This document shows, one piece after another, positions 27,673-36,320 of a DNA stretch of 40,207 bases (position 1 is the first letter of the stretch; every line of letters begins with the position of its first letter). The stretch comes from Oscillospiraceae bacterium (GTDB lineage Bacteria; Bacillota; Clostridia; Oscillospirales; Oscillospiraceae). The stretch is taken from positions 1-40,207 of the forward strand of contig JAVVZC010000001.1 in NCBI GenBank assembly GCA_036650755.1, written 5' to 3'. The notes under the pieces were generated by a model. It saw only the letters and a program-made list of their open reading frames with translations. It was not told where the DNA came from and did not search any database. A program made the position numbers and the translations under genes.

Positions 27673-28518
27673 CTAGTAGGCAACAATGATGCCGCCCGCG
27701 TTGGCATAGGTGGTGCTGATGCCGCCTGCGGTAAGGATGAAGCAATCTCTGAAATTGACCTGCTTCATGATAAGGTCACGGGCAAGTCTTGCTCTGTCCG
27801 GGCACTGGCAGTGGGTGATGAAAAGGGATCTTGCGCTGAAATTAAGACCCTTGCACTTTTCGCCGATAAGGTCAGCCATTTTTGTGATGGCACGGTCGAT
27901 TGAAAGCGCCTTGCCACGAACGCAGATGTTTCCGGTTTCGTCGCCGCCCATGACAAGCTTAAGCTTGAGAGCGCTGGTGAGGATGGATTGAAGGTGGTTC
28001 AGTCTGCCGTTTTTGCGGAAAACATCAAGGTTTTCCAAGACAAAAGAGGTGCTCATGTTGTTCACAAAGGCAAGAGTTTGCTTGACGACCTCGTCAAAGG
28101 GAGTGCCGGCGCTTGCAAGCTCATAGATTTTGTGGCAGACGGCGATTTCGCCGGAGGCGGCGCTGCGGGAGCTGAAAACAAAAACGTTCTTTTCGGGGTG
28201 AGCCTCCTTGAACATGCTTGCTGCCACAACGGCGCTGTTGTAGGTGCCGCTAAGCTTGTCGGAAAGGGTGACGACATAGATGTCATCCGCGCCGCAGTTG
28301 TAGGCTTCCTCAAAGCTTCCCGGTGAGGGGCAAGCGGTTTTGGGGGCGTTGCGGGACGCAGCCATTTTGCTGATAAGCATGCTGCTGCGAAGGTTTTTGT
28401 CGTCAACGAAGGTTTCGTTGTCAAGGTCTATGGTTAATGGAACGCGATTGAGCCAGCTGTAATCTTCCCCAAGATAGGGGTAATCACAGCAGCTGTCGCC
28501 TATGATTTGAAAATTCAA
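27673..28518 (-). CDS. DegV family (fatty-acid-binding) protein
   Basis: FQIIGDSCCDYP (DegV DS.CD.P motif) and length of about 280 aa. TTG start at 28518 with GAGGT upstream. Confidence 0.85.
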   Translation of the reverse strand: MNFQIIGDSCCDYPYLGEDYSWLNRVPLTIDLDNETFVDDKNLRSSMLISKMAASRNAPKTACPSPGSFEEAYNCGADDIYVVTLSDKLSGTYNSAVVAASMFKEAHPEKNVFVFSSRSAASGEIAVCHKIYELASAGTPFDEVVKQTLAFVNNMSTSFVLENLDVFRKNGRLNHLQSILTSALKLKLVMGGDETGNICVRGKALSIDRAITKMADLIGEKCKGLNFSARSLFITHCQCPDRARLARDLIMKQVNFRDCFILTAGGISTTYANAGGIIVAY

Positions 28519-28596
28519 AGTATTTACCTCATATTTTTGTAGTCGGTTGACGATACGTATAATGACCTAGTGTAATTTTAACTATTACATTGCACC

Positions 28597-28625
28597 ATTA
28601 TACCCCCGGGGTGCCGCAATGTCAA
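28597..28625 (-). promoter_or_regulatory. Consensus sigma-A promoter of the degV-like gene
   Basis: Minus strand -35 TTGACA (28625-28620), exactly 17 nt of spacer, -10 TATAAT (28602-28597). Confidence 0.55.
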
Positions 28626-28676
28626 TTTTAATTGCCCGCTCATATTTTGTGAGGAAATTCGCGGTTTAAACATTGT

Positions 28677-29279
28677 TTATCCCTTTGCCAGCTTTACGAT
28701 AACGTCAACGCAATTTTCGATGCCCAGCTTGCCGCTGTCCATGCAAAGGTCGTAGTTTGTGCTCATGCCCCAAGTTCTGCCTGTGTAGTTTTTGTAGTAG
28801 ACGATGCGTTTTTTGTCTTTTTCCTCAAGACGGCGCTCCGGCTCCGCGTCCCGCTCACCGTAAAGCTCCACGATGCGGTTTGCCTTAAATTTTTTGTCAG
28901 CGTGGATAAACACATGGAGGGCGTTTGGTTCGTCCTTAAGGATGTAGTCGGAGCAGCGCCCAACAATAACACAGGGGCCCTCCCCTGCCAGTTTTTTGAT
29001 AAGGTTGTGCTGGATGATAAAGAGCTTGTCGGAAATTCCCGGCGCGCCGTCATAGCCGCCGCTGCCGCTTCGGGCAAGATTAAACAAAAAGCTGCTGGTG
29101 GAGGTTGCGTCCTCGCCACGGGTTTCCACAAACTCCTTGGAATAGCCGCTTTCCTCCGCAATGCGTTCAACCAGTGCCTTGTCGTAATAGGCGTAGCCCA
29201 AGCGCTCGGCAAGCTGCTTTGCGATTGTGCGGCCTCCGCTGCCGAATTCACGGCTGATTGTGATGACTGTTTTGTTCAT
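28677..29279 (-). CDS. Cytidylate kinase-like family protein (AAA/P-loop, function unknown)
   Basis: MNKTVITISREFGSGGRTIAKQLAERLGYAYYDK, typical of the Cytidylate_kin2 family. GGGAGGA SD. Confidence 0.75.
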   Translation of the reverse strand: MNKTVITISREFGSGGRTIAKQLAERLGYAYYDKALVERIAEESGYSKEFVETRGEDATSTSSFLFNLARSGSGGYDGAPGISDKLFIIQHNLIKKLAGEGPCVIVGRCSDYILKDEPNALHVFIHADKKFKANRIVELYGERDAEPERRLEEKDKKRIVYYKNYTGRTWGMSTNYDLCMDSGKLGIENCVDVIVKLAKG

Positions 29280-29368
29280 TTTCAGTTCCTCCCATTATTT
29301 GTTTAGGATGATTAACGGAAATTGAAGAAGCTTTAAATTCTATTGATAATACGGCTTTTGCCGCGAAT

Positions 29369-30760
29369 TTACTCAATTTCTGGAAGTGGAAGCTCGTCAC
29401 GGAGCTTTCGGTTGACCCCCCTGTATATGGAAATCGCAAAGGGAATTGCAACCACAAAGGCAAGCAGGTCCGCAACAGCCTGCGCCGACGCAAGCCCATA
29501 AATTCCAAGGAATATGGGAAGGATAAACACAACGGGCAGGAAGCAAATTCCCTGACGGGTGCTGCCCAAAATTATGGCGCCCACCGGTTTTCCAAGTGCC
29601 GCGTAGAGCATGTTGACGATTATGACCCAAGCGTTCAAGGGCATTATGACGCATTGGGTGATAAGGCAAAATTGCCCGATTTTGACCATTTCCATGTCCC
29701 CCTCGGTGAACAGCAAAATAAGCTGCTTTGAGAAAACCGCCATCAGCAGGCTGACAACCGTAACGGAGATTACGGCAACAAGGGAGGAAAATCGGAAGGA
29801 CTCCTTAACTCTGTCGTAACGGGTGGCGCCAAAGTTGTACCCCGCAACCGGCTGGAAGCCTTGGGCAAAGCCCAAAATTGCAAAGGTTGGCACCATCATT
29901 ATACGCGTGACGACGGAAATTCCTGCAAGGGCGGAGTCGGAATAGCGCCCCGCAAAGTTGTTGATGATGATAAAGGAAACAACGCTGAGCCCTGTGCGGA
30001 GCAGTGAGGGCATGCCCATTAGGGTGGTTTCCCGAACTATATCACGGCTAAAGCTGATGCGCTTGATGGAAAGCCGCAAAACGCTGTGCTTGCGGATGTA
30101 GGGGAAAATCAGGATGCAGAAGCTGATGAATTTTGAGATGGCTGTGGCAAGAGCCGCGCCGCCGACGCCCATGTCGAAGGTGAAGATGAAAAGCGGGTCG
30201 AGGGCGATGTTTAGAATGCCGCCAAGCCCCATGCCGACCATTGAGTAGACAGGGCTTCCCTCGGAACGCAGGCATTGGTTAAGAACAAAGCTGGATGCCA
30301 TAAAGGGAGCGGCGATAAGGATGTAGTTTGCGTAATCAACCGCATATTTGGCGGAGGAATTGGTGGCGCCCAAGAGACGAACCATTTTTTCCGTGAACAT
30401 AAGTCCCGGAACCATGACGAGAATTCCAAGGAAAAACGCTGTGAAGAACGCCGCGGAGAGAGTGGCGGAAGCCTTGTCGTTTTGCTTTGCGCCCATTAGC
30501 CTAGAGATGTAGCTGTTGGAGCCAACGGCAAGAAAGGAGCCTGCCATCATGATGGTTTGGTCGATGGACATGTTGACGCCAACGGCGGCAGTCGCCGAGG
30601 TGCCGAGAAAGTGGACGAAATAGGAGTCCGCCATGCTGTAGACCGAGGTTATGAGCATTGCGATTACGGTGGGAATTGCCATTTTTGGGATAAGCCTTGA
30701 AATTGGGGTGTCAAGCATCATACTGCGACGGTCGTCAAGGCGATTTGCTTTGTTGGACAT
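29369..30760 (-). CDS. MATE family efflux transporter
   Basis: 463 aa, about 12 TM helices, with an N-terminal ...PISRLIPKMAIPTVIAMLITSVYSMADSYFV typical of MATE. GGAGGAA SD. Confidence 0.9.
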   Translation of the reverse strand: MSNKANRLDDRRSMMLDTPISRLIPKMAIPTVIAMLITSVYSMADSYFVHFLGTSATAAVGVNMSIDQTIMMAGSFLAVGSNSYISRLMGAKQNDKASATLSAAFFTAFFLGILVMVPGLMFTEKMVRLLGATNSSAKYAVDYANYILIAAPFMASSFVLNQCLRSEGSPVYSMVGMGLGGILNIALDPLFIFTFDMGVGGAALATAISKFISFCILIFPYIRKHSVLRLSIKRISFSRDIVRETTLMGMPSLLRTGLSVVSFIIINNFAGRYSDSALAGISVVTRIMMVPTFAILGFAQGFQPVAGYNFGATRYDRVKESFRFSSLVAVISVTVVSLLMAVFSKQLILLFTEGDMEMVKIGQFCLITQCVIMPLNAWVIIVNMLYAALGKPVGAIILGSTRQGICFLPVVFILPIFLGIYGLASAQAVADLLAFVVAIPFAISIYRGVNRKLRDELPLPEIE

Positions 30761-30839
30761 TCATTTTCCTCCAGAAAGTCCCCGGGGACTTTGCGCTGTG
30801 GGAGCGCGAGCTTTCGCACCCATGGGGTGCGATTTGAAA

Positions 30840-31778
30840 TCAGAAAAGCCTTTCCGCAACGGCAGACCAGAGCGGGATTGTCGCCGCCGAAGCCAGCACC
30901 GAAAGCATTACACTGCCGGAGCTTTCAAGCTGTGCCTCGGGTCTGGGGTCGTATTGGATGGTGAAGGCGGAGAGCAGTGCCGCAACGGGAAGTGCCGAAA
31001 ACATGACCACAACCTTTGCGACAAGGGGGTCAAGGGGAAGAAAATAGAGAATTCCCACGGTCAGTGCCGGCATGATAAGGTTTCGAAGAATTGGCATTCG
31101 AAGATATTTGAGCTTTAGGAGGGAGCGCATATTGTTTTTGCCAAGGGAAATTCCGCAGACAATCATGCCCAAGGGTGAGCTGATTGAGCCCACAGTTTCA
31201 ATGGCGTTGTCGATAAAGCTTGGAAATCTAAGCCCTGTGACGTAGAGGAAAAGCCCGATAAAAACCGCGATAACGGGAGGTGAAAACCAGCCTGCAAGGG
31301 TTTGAAGCGGTGTTTTCTTTTCACGAACCATTCCGTGGGGGGAAAGCAGGGGCTTTGCGCCGCTGTAATAGACCATGCGGATGGGCACCAAAAAAACCAC
31401 GAAATAGAGCACGCCCAGCTGACCGTAAAGCGCCTCCACAACAGGAATTCCAACAAAGGAGAAGTTTGTGAACATTGCGCCGAAGCGAAGAATTCGCCCG
31501 GAGTAGCCGCCGCCGCAAAGCTTGAAGCAAAGCTGACCAACGGCAAAGGAAACAGCCAAAATCAGGAGGCTGAGGGCAAGGAGAATAAGGCAATTGATAA
31601 GCTGGTCCTTTGAAAAGGGAGCATTGAATGAATTGATTATGAGACAGGGCAGCGCCAAATTGATGATGAAGGAGGTGAGGGATTTGTCGAAGTCCTCCCC
31701 CACCATTCCACTGCGCCAAACGATAATGCCAAGGATAATTAAAAGAATAAGCTGGAGCGCCAGGTTAAATGCCAACAT
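30840..31778 (-). CDS. AEC (auxin efflux carrier) family transporter
   Basis: 312 aa polytopic membrane protein. The MLAFNLALQLILLIILGIIVWRSGMV... and C-terminal repeats resemble the PF03547 family. Confidence 0.8.
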   Translation of the reverse strand: MLAFNLALQLILLIILGIIVWRSGMVGEDFDKSLTSFIINLALPCLIINSFNAPFSKDQLINCLILLALSLLILAVSFAVGQLCFKLCGGGYSGRILRFGAMFTNFSFVGIPVVEALYGQLGVLYFVVFLVPIRMVYYSGAKPLLSPHGMVREKKTPLQTLAGWFSPPVIAVFIGLFLYVTGLRFPSFIDNAIETVGSISSPLGMIVCGISLGKNNMRSLLKLKYLRMPILRNLIMPALTVGILYFLPLDPLVAKVVVMFSALPVAALLSAFTIQYDPRPEAQLESSGSVMLSVLASAATIPLWSAVAERLF

Positions 31779-31805
31779 TGTGTGTCCTTCTTTATGTGCT
31801 TTGCT

Positions 31806-32483
31806 TTAGTTGGAGCGAGGTATGTATGGGATTATTTTGCCCGCAAAGCCCGCCATATTCATGGTTTGGAGATAAACTCTGCCGGGGCCGCGAAGCACGG
31901 ACAGGAAAAGCCCTTCGCCGCCGAACAAAATGTTTTTGAAGCCCTTGACGGTTTCAACGGAATATTCAACGCCGCTGTCAAAGGCGGCAAGGTTTCCGGT
32001 GTCAACCTTAATGGTTTCGCCGGGGGCAAGGTCTTTTATGACGATGGAGCCGTCCATTTCGAGAAAGCAAATTCCATTTCCCTCAAGGTGCTGCATGATG
32101 AAGCCCTCGCCGCCGAAAAAGCCGGTTTTTGCTTTTTGGACAGAGGCGGAGAGCTTGACGCCACGGGTGGCGCAAAGGAAGGCGTCTTTTTGGCAGGTGT
32201 AGCTTTTTGAGCCGTTAAGCTCCAAGGCGACGATGCTGCCCGGCATGGTGGACGCAAGCGTGATTTGCGCGCCCGGACGCTGGGCTGTGTAGGTTGCCAT
32301 GAAAAGAGACTCACCGGTGAAGGCACGGCCGATTGCTTTTCCCAGTCCGCCCTTCATGTTGGTTTCCATGGTGATGCCGTCGGTCATCCAAGTCATGCCG
32401 CCGGACTGGGTGAAGATGCTTTCACCCGACTGAAAGGTCAGGGTGACAGCCGGCATGTTTGCGCCAAAAATCTCGTATTCCAT
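31806..32483 (-). CDS. TIGR00266 / AIM24 (DUF124) family protein
   Basis: MEYEI.G...P.V.L.L..GE.I..E.G.M.WM......ME.......G.......GESLF...Y pattern. I place the start at ATG 32483, after GGGAG; the track's start at 32522 is too early. Confidence 0.8.
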   Translation of the reverse strand: MEYEIFGANMPAVTLTFQSGESIFTQSGGMTWMTDGITMETNMKGGLGKAIGRAFTGESLFMATYTAQRPGAQITLASTMPGSIVALELNGSKSYTCQKDAFLCATRGVKLSASVQKAKTGFFGGEGFIMQHLEGNGICFLEMDGSIVIKDLAPGETIKVDTGNLAAFDSGVEYSVETVKGFKNILFGGEGLFLSVLRGPGRVYLQTMNMAGFAGKIIPYIPRSN

Positions 32484-32743
32484 AATAATCTCCCTGTATT
32501 TCGCATGCCACGGACTCGGCAACGATTTCTTATCCTTATAATAGCAAATTTTTCCCTCCCTGTCATTCCCCTATTTACACTTTTATACATATTGAACTAA
32601 TATTCTGTGATAAATCTCCAAATTACGACAGCTTGACGGAGACAAGGCACGGAAAAAAGTTTTCAAAAAGTGACGTACTTGACATAGGCTTGAAAAATGT
32701 AGTAAACTCCCCCATAACGAACACATGAAACGAGGGGCAAAAA

Positions 32744-34132
32744 ATGTCCGATAATGTAAGCAAAAAAGACGACGCTCTTGGCACAGCGCCCATAGGAAAG
32801 CTGATTTTCAGCCTTGCCGTCCCGGCAGTGGTGGCTCAGGTTGTAAACGTGCTATACAACATTGTTGACCGCATGTATATCGGTCACATGGATGTGGTGG
32901 GCGGCGACGCTCTCACAGGGCTTGGGGTATGCTTCCCAATTCTTACCCTCATTGCGGCGTTCAGCGCCCTTATCGGCATGGGCGGAGCGCCCTTGGCTGC
33001 AATCCAAATGGGTCGAAAAAACCACGACGGTGCCGAAAAGCTTTTGGGAAACAGCGTTACGGCGCTTTTCATCTTTTCCATTCTGCTGACCATCGGTTTT
33101 CAGATTTATAAGGAGCCCATCCTCTACGCCTTCGGCGCCAGCGACGAAACAATTGTCTACGCCACCCAATACCTTCAAATCTACCTTTGGGGCACGGTTT
33201 TTGTCCAGATGGCATTGGGGCTGAACATGTACATCTCCTGTCAGGGCAAGGCAAAAATCGCCATGCTGTCCACCCTTATCGGCGCTGTTACAAACATTGT
33301 CCTTGACCCGATTTTAATTTTCGGCTTCAAAATGGGCGTTCAGGGCGCAGCCCTCGCAACGATTATTTCCCAAGCTCTCAGTGCCGCTTGGGTACTGTAT
33401 TTCCTGCTCTCCAAAAAAACCGACCTTAAAATCCGTCCGAAATACTTGAAGCCCGACTTCAAAATCCTTGGCAAAATCATGGCGCTGGGCGTTTCTCCCT
33501 TCATAATGCAGGCAACGGAAAGCCTTGTTTTCATAACCTTCAACTCCGGGCTTCAACGCTACGGCGGCGACCTTTACGTGGGCGCAATGACAATCCTGTC
33601 AAGCGTTATGCAGCTTTTGATTGTCCCCGTCACGGGGCTGACTCAGGGTGCCCAGCCCATAATCAGCTACAACTACGGCGCGAACAATCCCGAAAGAGTG
33701 AAAAAAGCCTTCAAAATCATTCTGCTGATTTCAGTTTCCGTCTCCTGTATCGGCTGTCTTTTGGCAGTATTCACTCCCCAAATCTTTGCGGTGCTGTTCA
33801 CAAAGGATGAGGCGCTGATTGCGCTGGCGTCAAAGGTTTTGCCGATTTACATGGGTGGAATTTGGCTGTTCGGCGTTCAAATGGCGTGTCAGGCAAGCTT
33901 CATCGGAATGGGCAAGGCAAAGGTTTCCCTTTTCCTCGCACTGGAAAGAAAGGTGCTGCTCCTCATTCCTCTGGCACTGATTTTCCCCCACTTTTGGGGT
34001 GCCATCGGCATCTTCGTCGCGGAGCCAATCGCCGACATACTTGCAGCTCTTACAACAGGCTTCCTGTTCCTTCGCCAATACAGACGCTTGGACTCCGAAA
34101 TGGCGCTGAGCGCCAGTCACCCGGACATTTAA
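32744..34132 (+). CDS. MATE family efflux transporter (second copy, divergent orientation)
   Basis: 462 aa, 12 predicted TM helices, with PIGKLIFSLAVPAVVAQVVNVLYNIVDRMYIGH, typical of MATE. Confidence 0.9.
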   Translation: MSDNVSKKDDALGTAPIGKLIFSLAVPAVVAQVVNVLYNIVDRMYIGHMDVVGGDALTGLGVCFPILTLIAAFSALIGMGGAPLAAIQMGRKNHDGAEKLLGNSVTALFIFSILLTIGFQIYKEPILYAFGASDETIVYATQYLQIYLWGTVFVQMALGLNMYISCQGKAKIAMLSTLIGAVTNIVLDPILIFGFKMGVQGAALATIISQALSAAWVLYFLLSKKTDLKIRPKYLKPDFKILGKIMALGVSPFIMQATESLVFITFNSGLQRYGGDLYVGAMTILSSVMQLLIVPVTGLTQGAQPIISYNYGANNPERVKKAFKIILLISVSVSCIGCLLAVFTPQIFAVLFTKDEALIALASKVLPIYMGGIWLFGVQMACQASFIGMGKAKVSLFLALERKVLLLIPLALIFPHFWGAIGIFVAEPIADILAALTTGFLFLRQYRRLDSEMALSASHPDI

Positions 34133-34161
34133 GCGCTCCCCCACCACCGGCGGCAATAAAG

Positions 34162-34179
34162 CGAAATATTCGGTTTTTT
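34162..34179 (+). terminator. Weak candidate terminator after the second MATE gene
   Basis: Short hairpin CGAA-ATA-TTCG followed by G plus T6. The stem is only 4 bp and AT-rich. Confidence 0.25.
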
Positions 34180-34235
34180 ACCCTGATTGTTTTCGGGGCT
34201 GTCCCCAATGACGCCTAAAGCCGAAAAATTTTTGC

Positions 34236-34264
34236 TTGACATATCCACCTCCAAGGCTTATCAT
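34236..34264 (+). promoter_or_regulatory. Near-consensus sigma-A promoter driving the T-box leader
   Basis: -35 TTGACA (34236-34241), 17-nt spacer, -10 TATCAT (34259-34264). Confidence 0.55.
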
Positions 34265-34270
34265 AGCAAT

Positions 34271-34575
34271 AATTTCATAAAGAACAGCGATGACAAGGAA
34301 GAAGTAACCGTTTCCGAACCAAACAGAAAGCAGCCGGCAGATGAGAGGCGCATGGGAACCCTTCGGTGAATACATCCTTCAGCTTCACACCAAACGGCTT
34401 TTCACCTAGTAGGCTGTGACGACTAACACACGTTAAAGTGTCGGGTCTTTGCCCCCGGTGTCTTTTTGCCGCCCGGGATGAGATTTTAAGGTCAGTTGTG
34501 TGAGCAGCCGGCGAACCAAGGTGGTACCGCGAATTATTTTCGCCCTTCGGATTTTTTTCCGAAGGGCGTTTTTTA
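34271..34575 (+). promoter_or_regulatory. T-box leader (tRNA-sensing transcription-attenuation riboswitch); the specifier most likely reads UAC (Tyr)
   Basis: Stem I base with GA/K-turn motif AGCGATGA (34286-34293). The Specifier Loop has 7-nt AGAAGTA (34300-34306) opposite 7-nt GAA-TAC-A (34368-34374), flanked by helices AAGGA/TCCTT and ACCG/CGGT. Other elements: AG-bulge-like AGAAAG (34325-34330), Stem II TCACA...TGTGA, F-box-like ACGTTAAA (34430-34437), and T-box sequence AACCAAGGTGGTACCGCG (34514-34531). A terminator then precedes the SD and ATG. Confidence 0.85.
34541..34574 (+). terminator. T-box attenuator (intrinsic terminator)
   Basis: Perfect 10-bp stem CGCCCTTCGG / CCGAAGGGCG with an 8-nt loop, then T6. 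It lies 25 nt before the ligase start codon. Confidence 0.85.
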
Positions 34576-34598
34576 TTACAATTTTAGGAGGACTTATC

Positions 34599-36245
34599 AT
34601 GCCAATCACAGAGCTTTTAGAGAACAATGCCAAGAATTTTCCCGACGAAACCGCCCTTGTTGAAATCAACCCCGAACACGAGAAAACTCCCCTTGAAACC
34701 TCGTGGAAGGAATTTAATCTTGTTGAATCAAACTACCGTGAGGACACCTATCGCCGCGAAATTACTTGGCAGGACTTTGACTGCCGCGCCAATCGCTTTG
34801 CCCATTTGCTTTTGGCAAACGGCGTGAAAAAGGGCGACAAGGTTGGCATTTTGCTGATGAACTGCCTTGAATGGCTGCCCATTTACTTCGGCGTTTTAAA
34901 GGCGGGCGCTCTTGCCGTGCCGCTTAACTACCGCTACACCGCGGACGAAATCAAATACTGCCTTGACCTTGCCGACTGCTCCCTTCTCATCTTCGGCAAC
35001 GAATTTACCGAGCGGGTGGGCGCAATTCGAAACGACGTTCCAAAGCTTCACAAGCTGTTTTACGTGGGCGGACGCTGCCCCGATTGGGCGGAGAGCTATT
35101 TTCAACTCATCTCCTACTGCTCCAGCCGCAAGCCCAATGTGGAGCTTTCCGAGGAGGATTTTGCCGCCATCTATTTTTCCTCCGGCACCACAGGCTTTCC
35201 CAAGGCAATTTTGCACAAGCACCAAAGCCTTAGCCATTCCGCAATCACGGAGCAAAAACACCACGGTCAGGAGCGGGGCGATTGCTTTTTGTGTATGCCT
35301 CCCCTCTACCACACCGGCGCAAAAATGCACTGGTTCGGCAGTCTGCTCTCCGCCAGCCGCGCAATTTTGCTTCGGGGCATCAGCCCCAACTGGATTTTAA
35401 AAACAGCCGCCGAGGAGCACGCCAGCAATGTTTGGCTTCTGGTGCCTTGGGCTCAGGACATTTTGGACGCCCTTGATAGGGGCGATATCAAGCTTTCGGA
35501 CTACGACCTTTCCGCATGGCGGCTCATGCACATCGGCGCTCAGCCTGTGCCAAAAAGCCTTATAAACCGCTGGAAAGCCTATTTTCCAAACCACCAATAC
35601 GACACCAACTACGGGCTTTCCGAGTCCATCGGACCCGGCTGTGTGCATTTGGGCGTTGAAAACACCTCAAAGGTGGGCGCAATCGGCAAGGCGGGCTTTG
35701 GCTGGGAAACAAAGGTTGTGGACAGCGAAAAAAACACCGTATCCCAAGGCGCCGTGGGCGAGCTTGCTGTGCGGGGTCCCGGCGTTATGAGCTGCTACTA
35801 CAAAAATGAGGAAGCCACAAAAGAAAGCCTGTCCGAGGACGGCTGGCTTTGGACAGGCGACATGGCGCGGGTGGATGAGGACGGCTTTATTTGGCTGGTT
35901 GACCGCAAAAAGGACGTTATAATCACCGGCGGCGAGAACCTTTACCCTGTGCAAATTGAGGATTTCCTCCGTCAAAACGACAAAATCAAGGACGTTGCCG
36001 TTATCGGCAGACCCCACGAGCGCCTTGGCGAAATTGCAACAGCCATAGTTGAGCTAAAGCCGGGTGTCCAAGCCGACGCCGAGGAGATAAACGAATTTTG
36101 CAAGGCTCTCCCCCGCTATAAGCGCCCACGGGAAATAATCTTCGACACAGTTCCAAGAAACCCAACAGGCAAAATTGAAAAGCCGCTGCTGCGCAAAAAA
36201 TACGGCAGTGTGGACATTGTTTCCATGCAAACCGGCGAGGAATAA
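34599..36245 (+). CDS. AMP-dependent synthetase/ligase (class I adenylate-forming acyl- or aryl-CoA ligase), substrate unknown
   Basis: AMP-binding motif IYFSSGTTGFPKAILHKH, then YGLSES, TGDMARVDEDGFIWLVDRKKDVIITGGENLYP and a C-terminal PRNPTGKIEK. I place the start at ATG 34599, after AGGAGG. The track's GTG at 34500 lies inside the T-box leader. Confidence 0.85.
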   Translation: MPITELLENNAKNFPDETALVEINPEHEKTPLETSWKEFNLVESNYREDTYRREITWQDFDCRANRFAHLLLANGVKKGDKVGILLMNCLEWLPIYFGVLKAGALAVPLNYRYTADEIKYCLDLADCSLLIFGNEFTERVGAIRNDVPKLHKLFYVGGRCPDWAESYFQLISYCSSRKPNVELSEEDFAAIYFSSGTTGFPKAILHKHQSLSHSAITEQKHHGQERGDCFLCMPPLYHTGAKMHWFGSLLSASRAILLRGISPNWILKTAAEEHASNVWLLVPWAQDILDALDRGDIKLSDYDLSAWRLMHIGAQPVPKSLINRWKAYFPNHQYDTNYGLSESIGPGCVHLGVENTSKVGAIGKAGFGWETKVVDSEKNTVSQGAVGELAVRGPGVMSCYYKNEEATKESLSEDGWLWTGDMARVDEDGFIWLVDRKKDVIITGGENLYPVQIEDFLRQNDKIKDVAVIGRPHERLGEIATAIVELKPGVQADAEEINEFCKALPRYKRPREIIFDTVPRNPTGKIEKPLLRKKYGSVDIVSMQTGEE

Positions 36246-36276
36246 GCCATTTTTCCTCCCATTTAAAACATAAAAC

Positions 36277-36320
36277 AAAGAAGCCGGGGAGAAAATTTTT
36301 CTCCCCGGCTTCTTTGTTTT
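36277..36320. terminator. Bidirectional intrinsic terminator shared by the convergent ligase gene and the aro-paaK-ACT operon
   Basis: 15-bp perfect stem AAAGAAGCCGGGGAG / CTCCCCGGCTTCTTT. It is flanked by GTTTT(T) on the plus strand and by GTTTTATGTTTT on the minus strand. It abuts the ACT gene stop codon. Confidence 0.8.

Noticed and set aside
34178-34375. Small ORFs of 60-65 aa on both strands overlapping the T-box promoter and leader.
   Set aside because: They have no SD. They overlap a well-supported RNA element and promoter, and they look like random ORFs in a non-coding region.
34398-34404. An alternative T-box specifier, UUC (Phe), in CTTTTCA. It is obtained by pairing ACCGTTT (34307-34313) with AAACGG (34392-34397) and ACAGC with GCTGT.
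   Set aside because: This fold gives an oversized Stem I of about 134 nt and lacks the GAA S-turn element before the codon. The 34385-34419 segment is better explained as Stem II (TCACA...TGTGA). The UAC reading has canonical 7/7 Specifier Loop geometry. Both readings are aromatic amino acids, so the biological inference is similar. A covariance-model alignment should settle the question.
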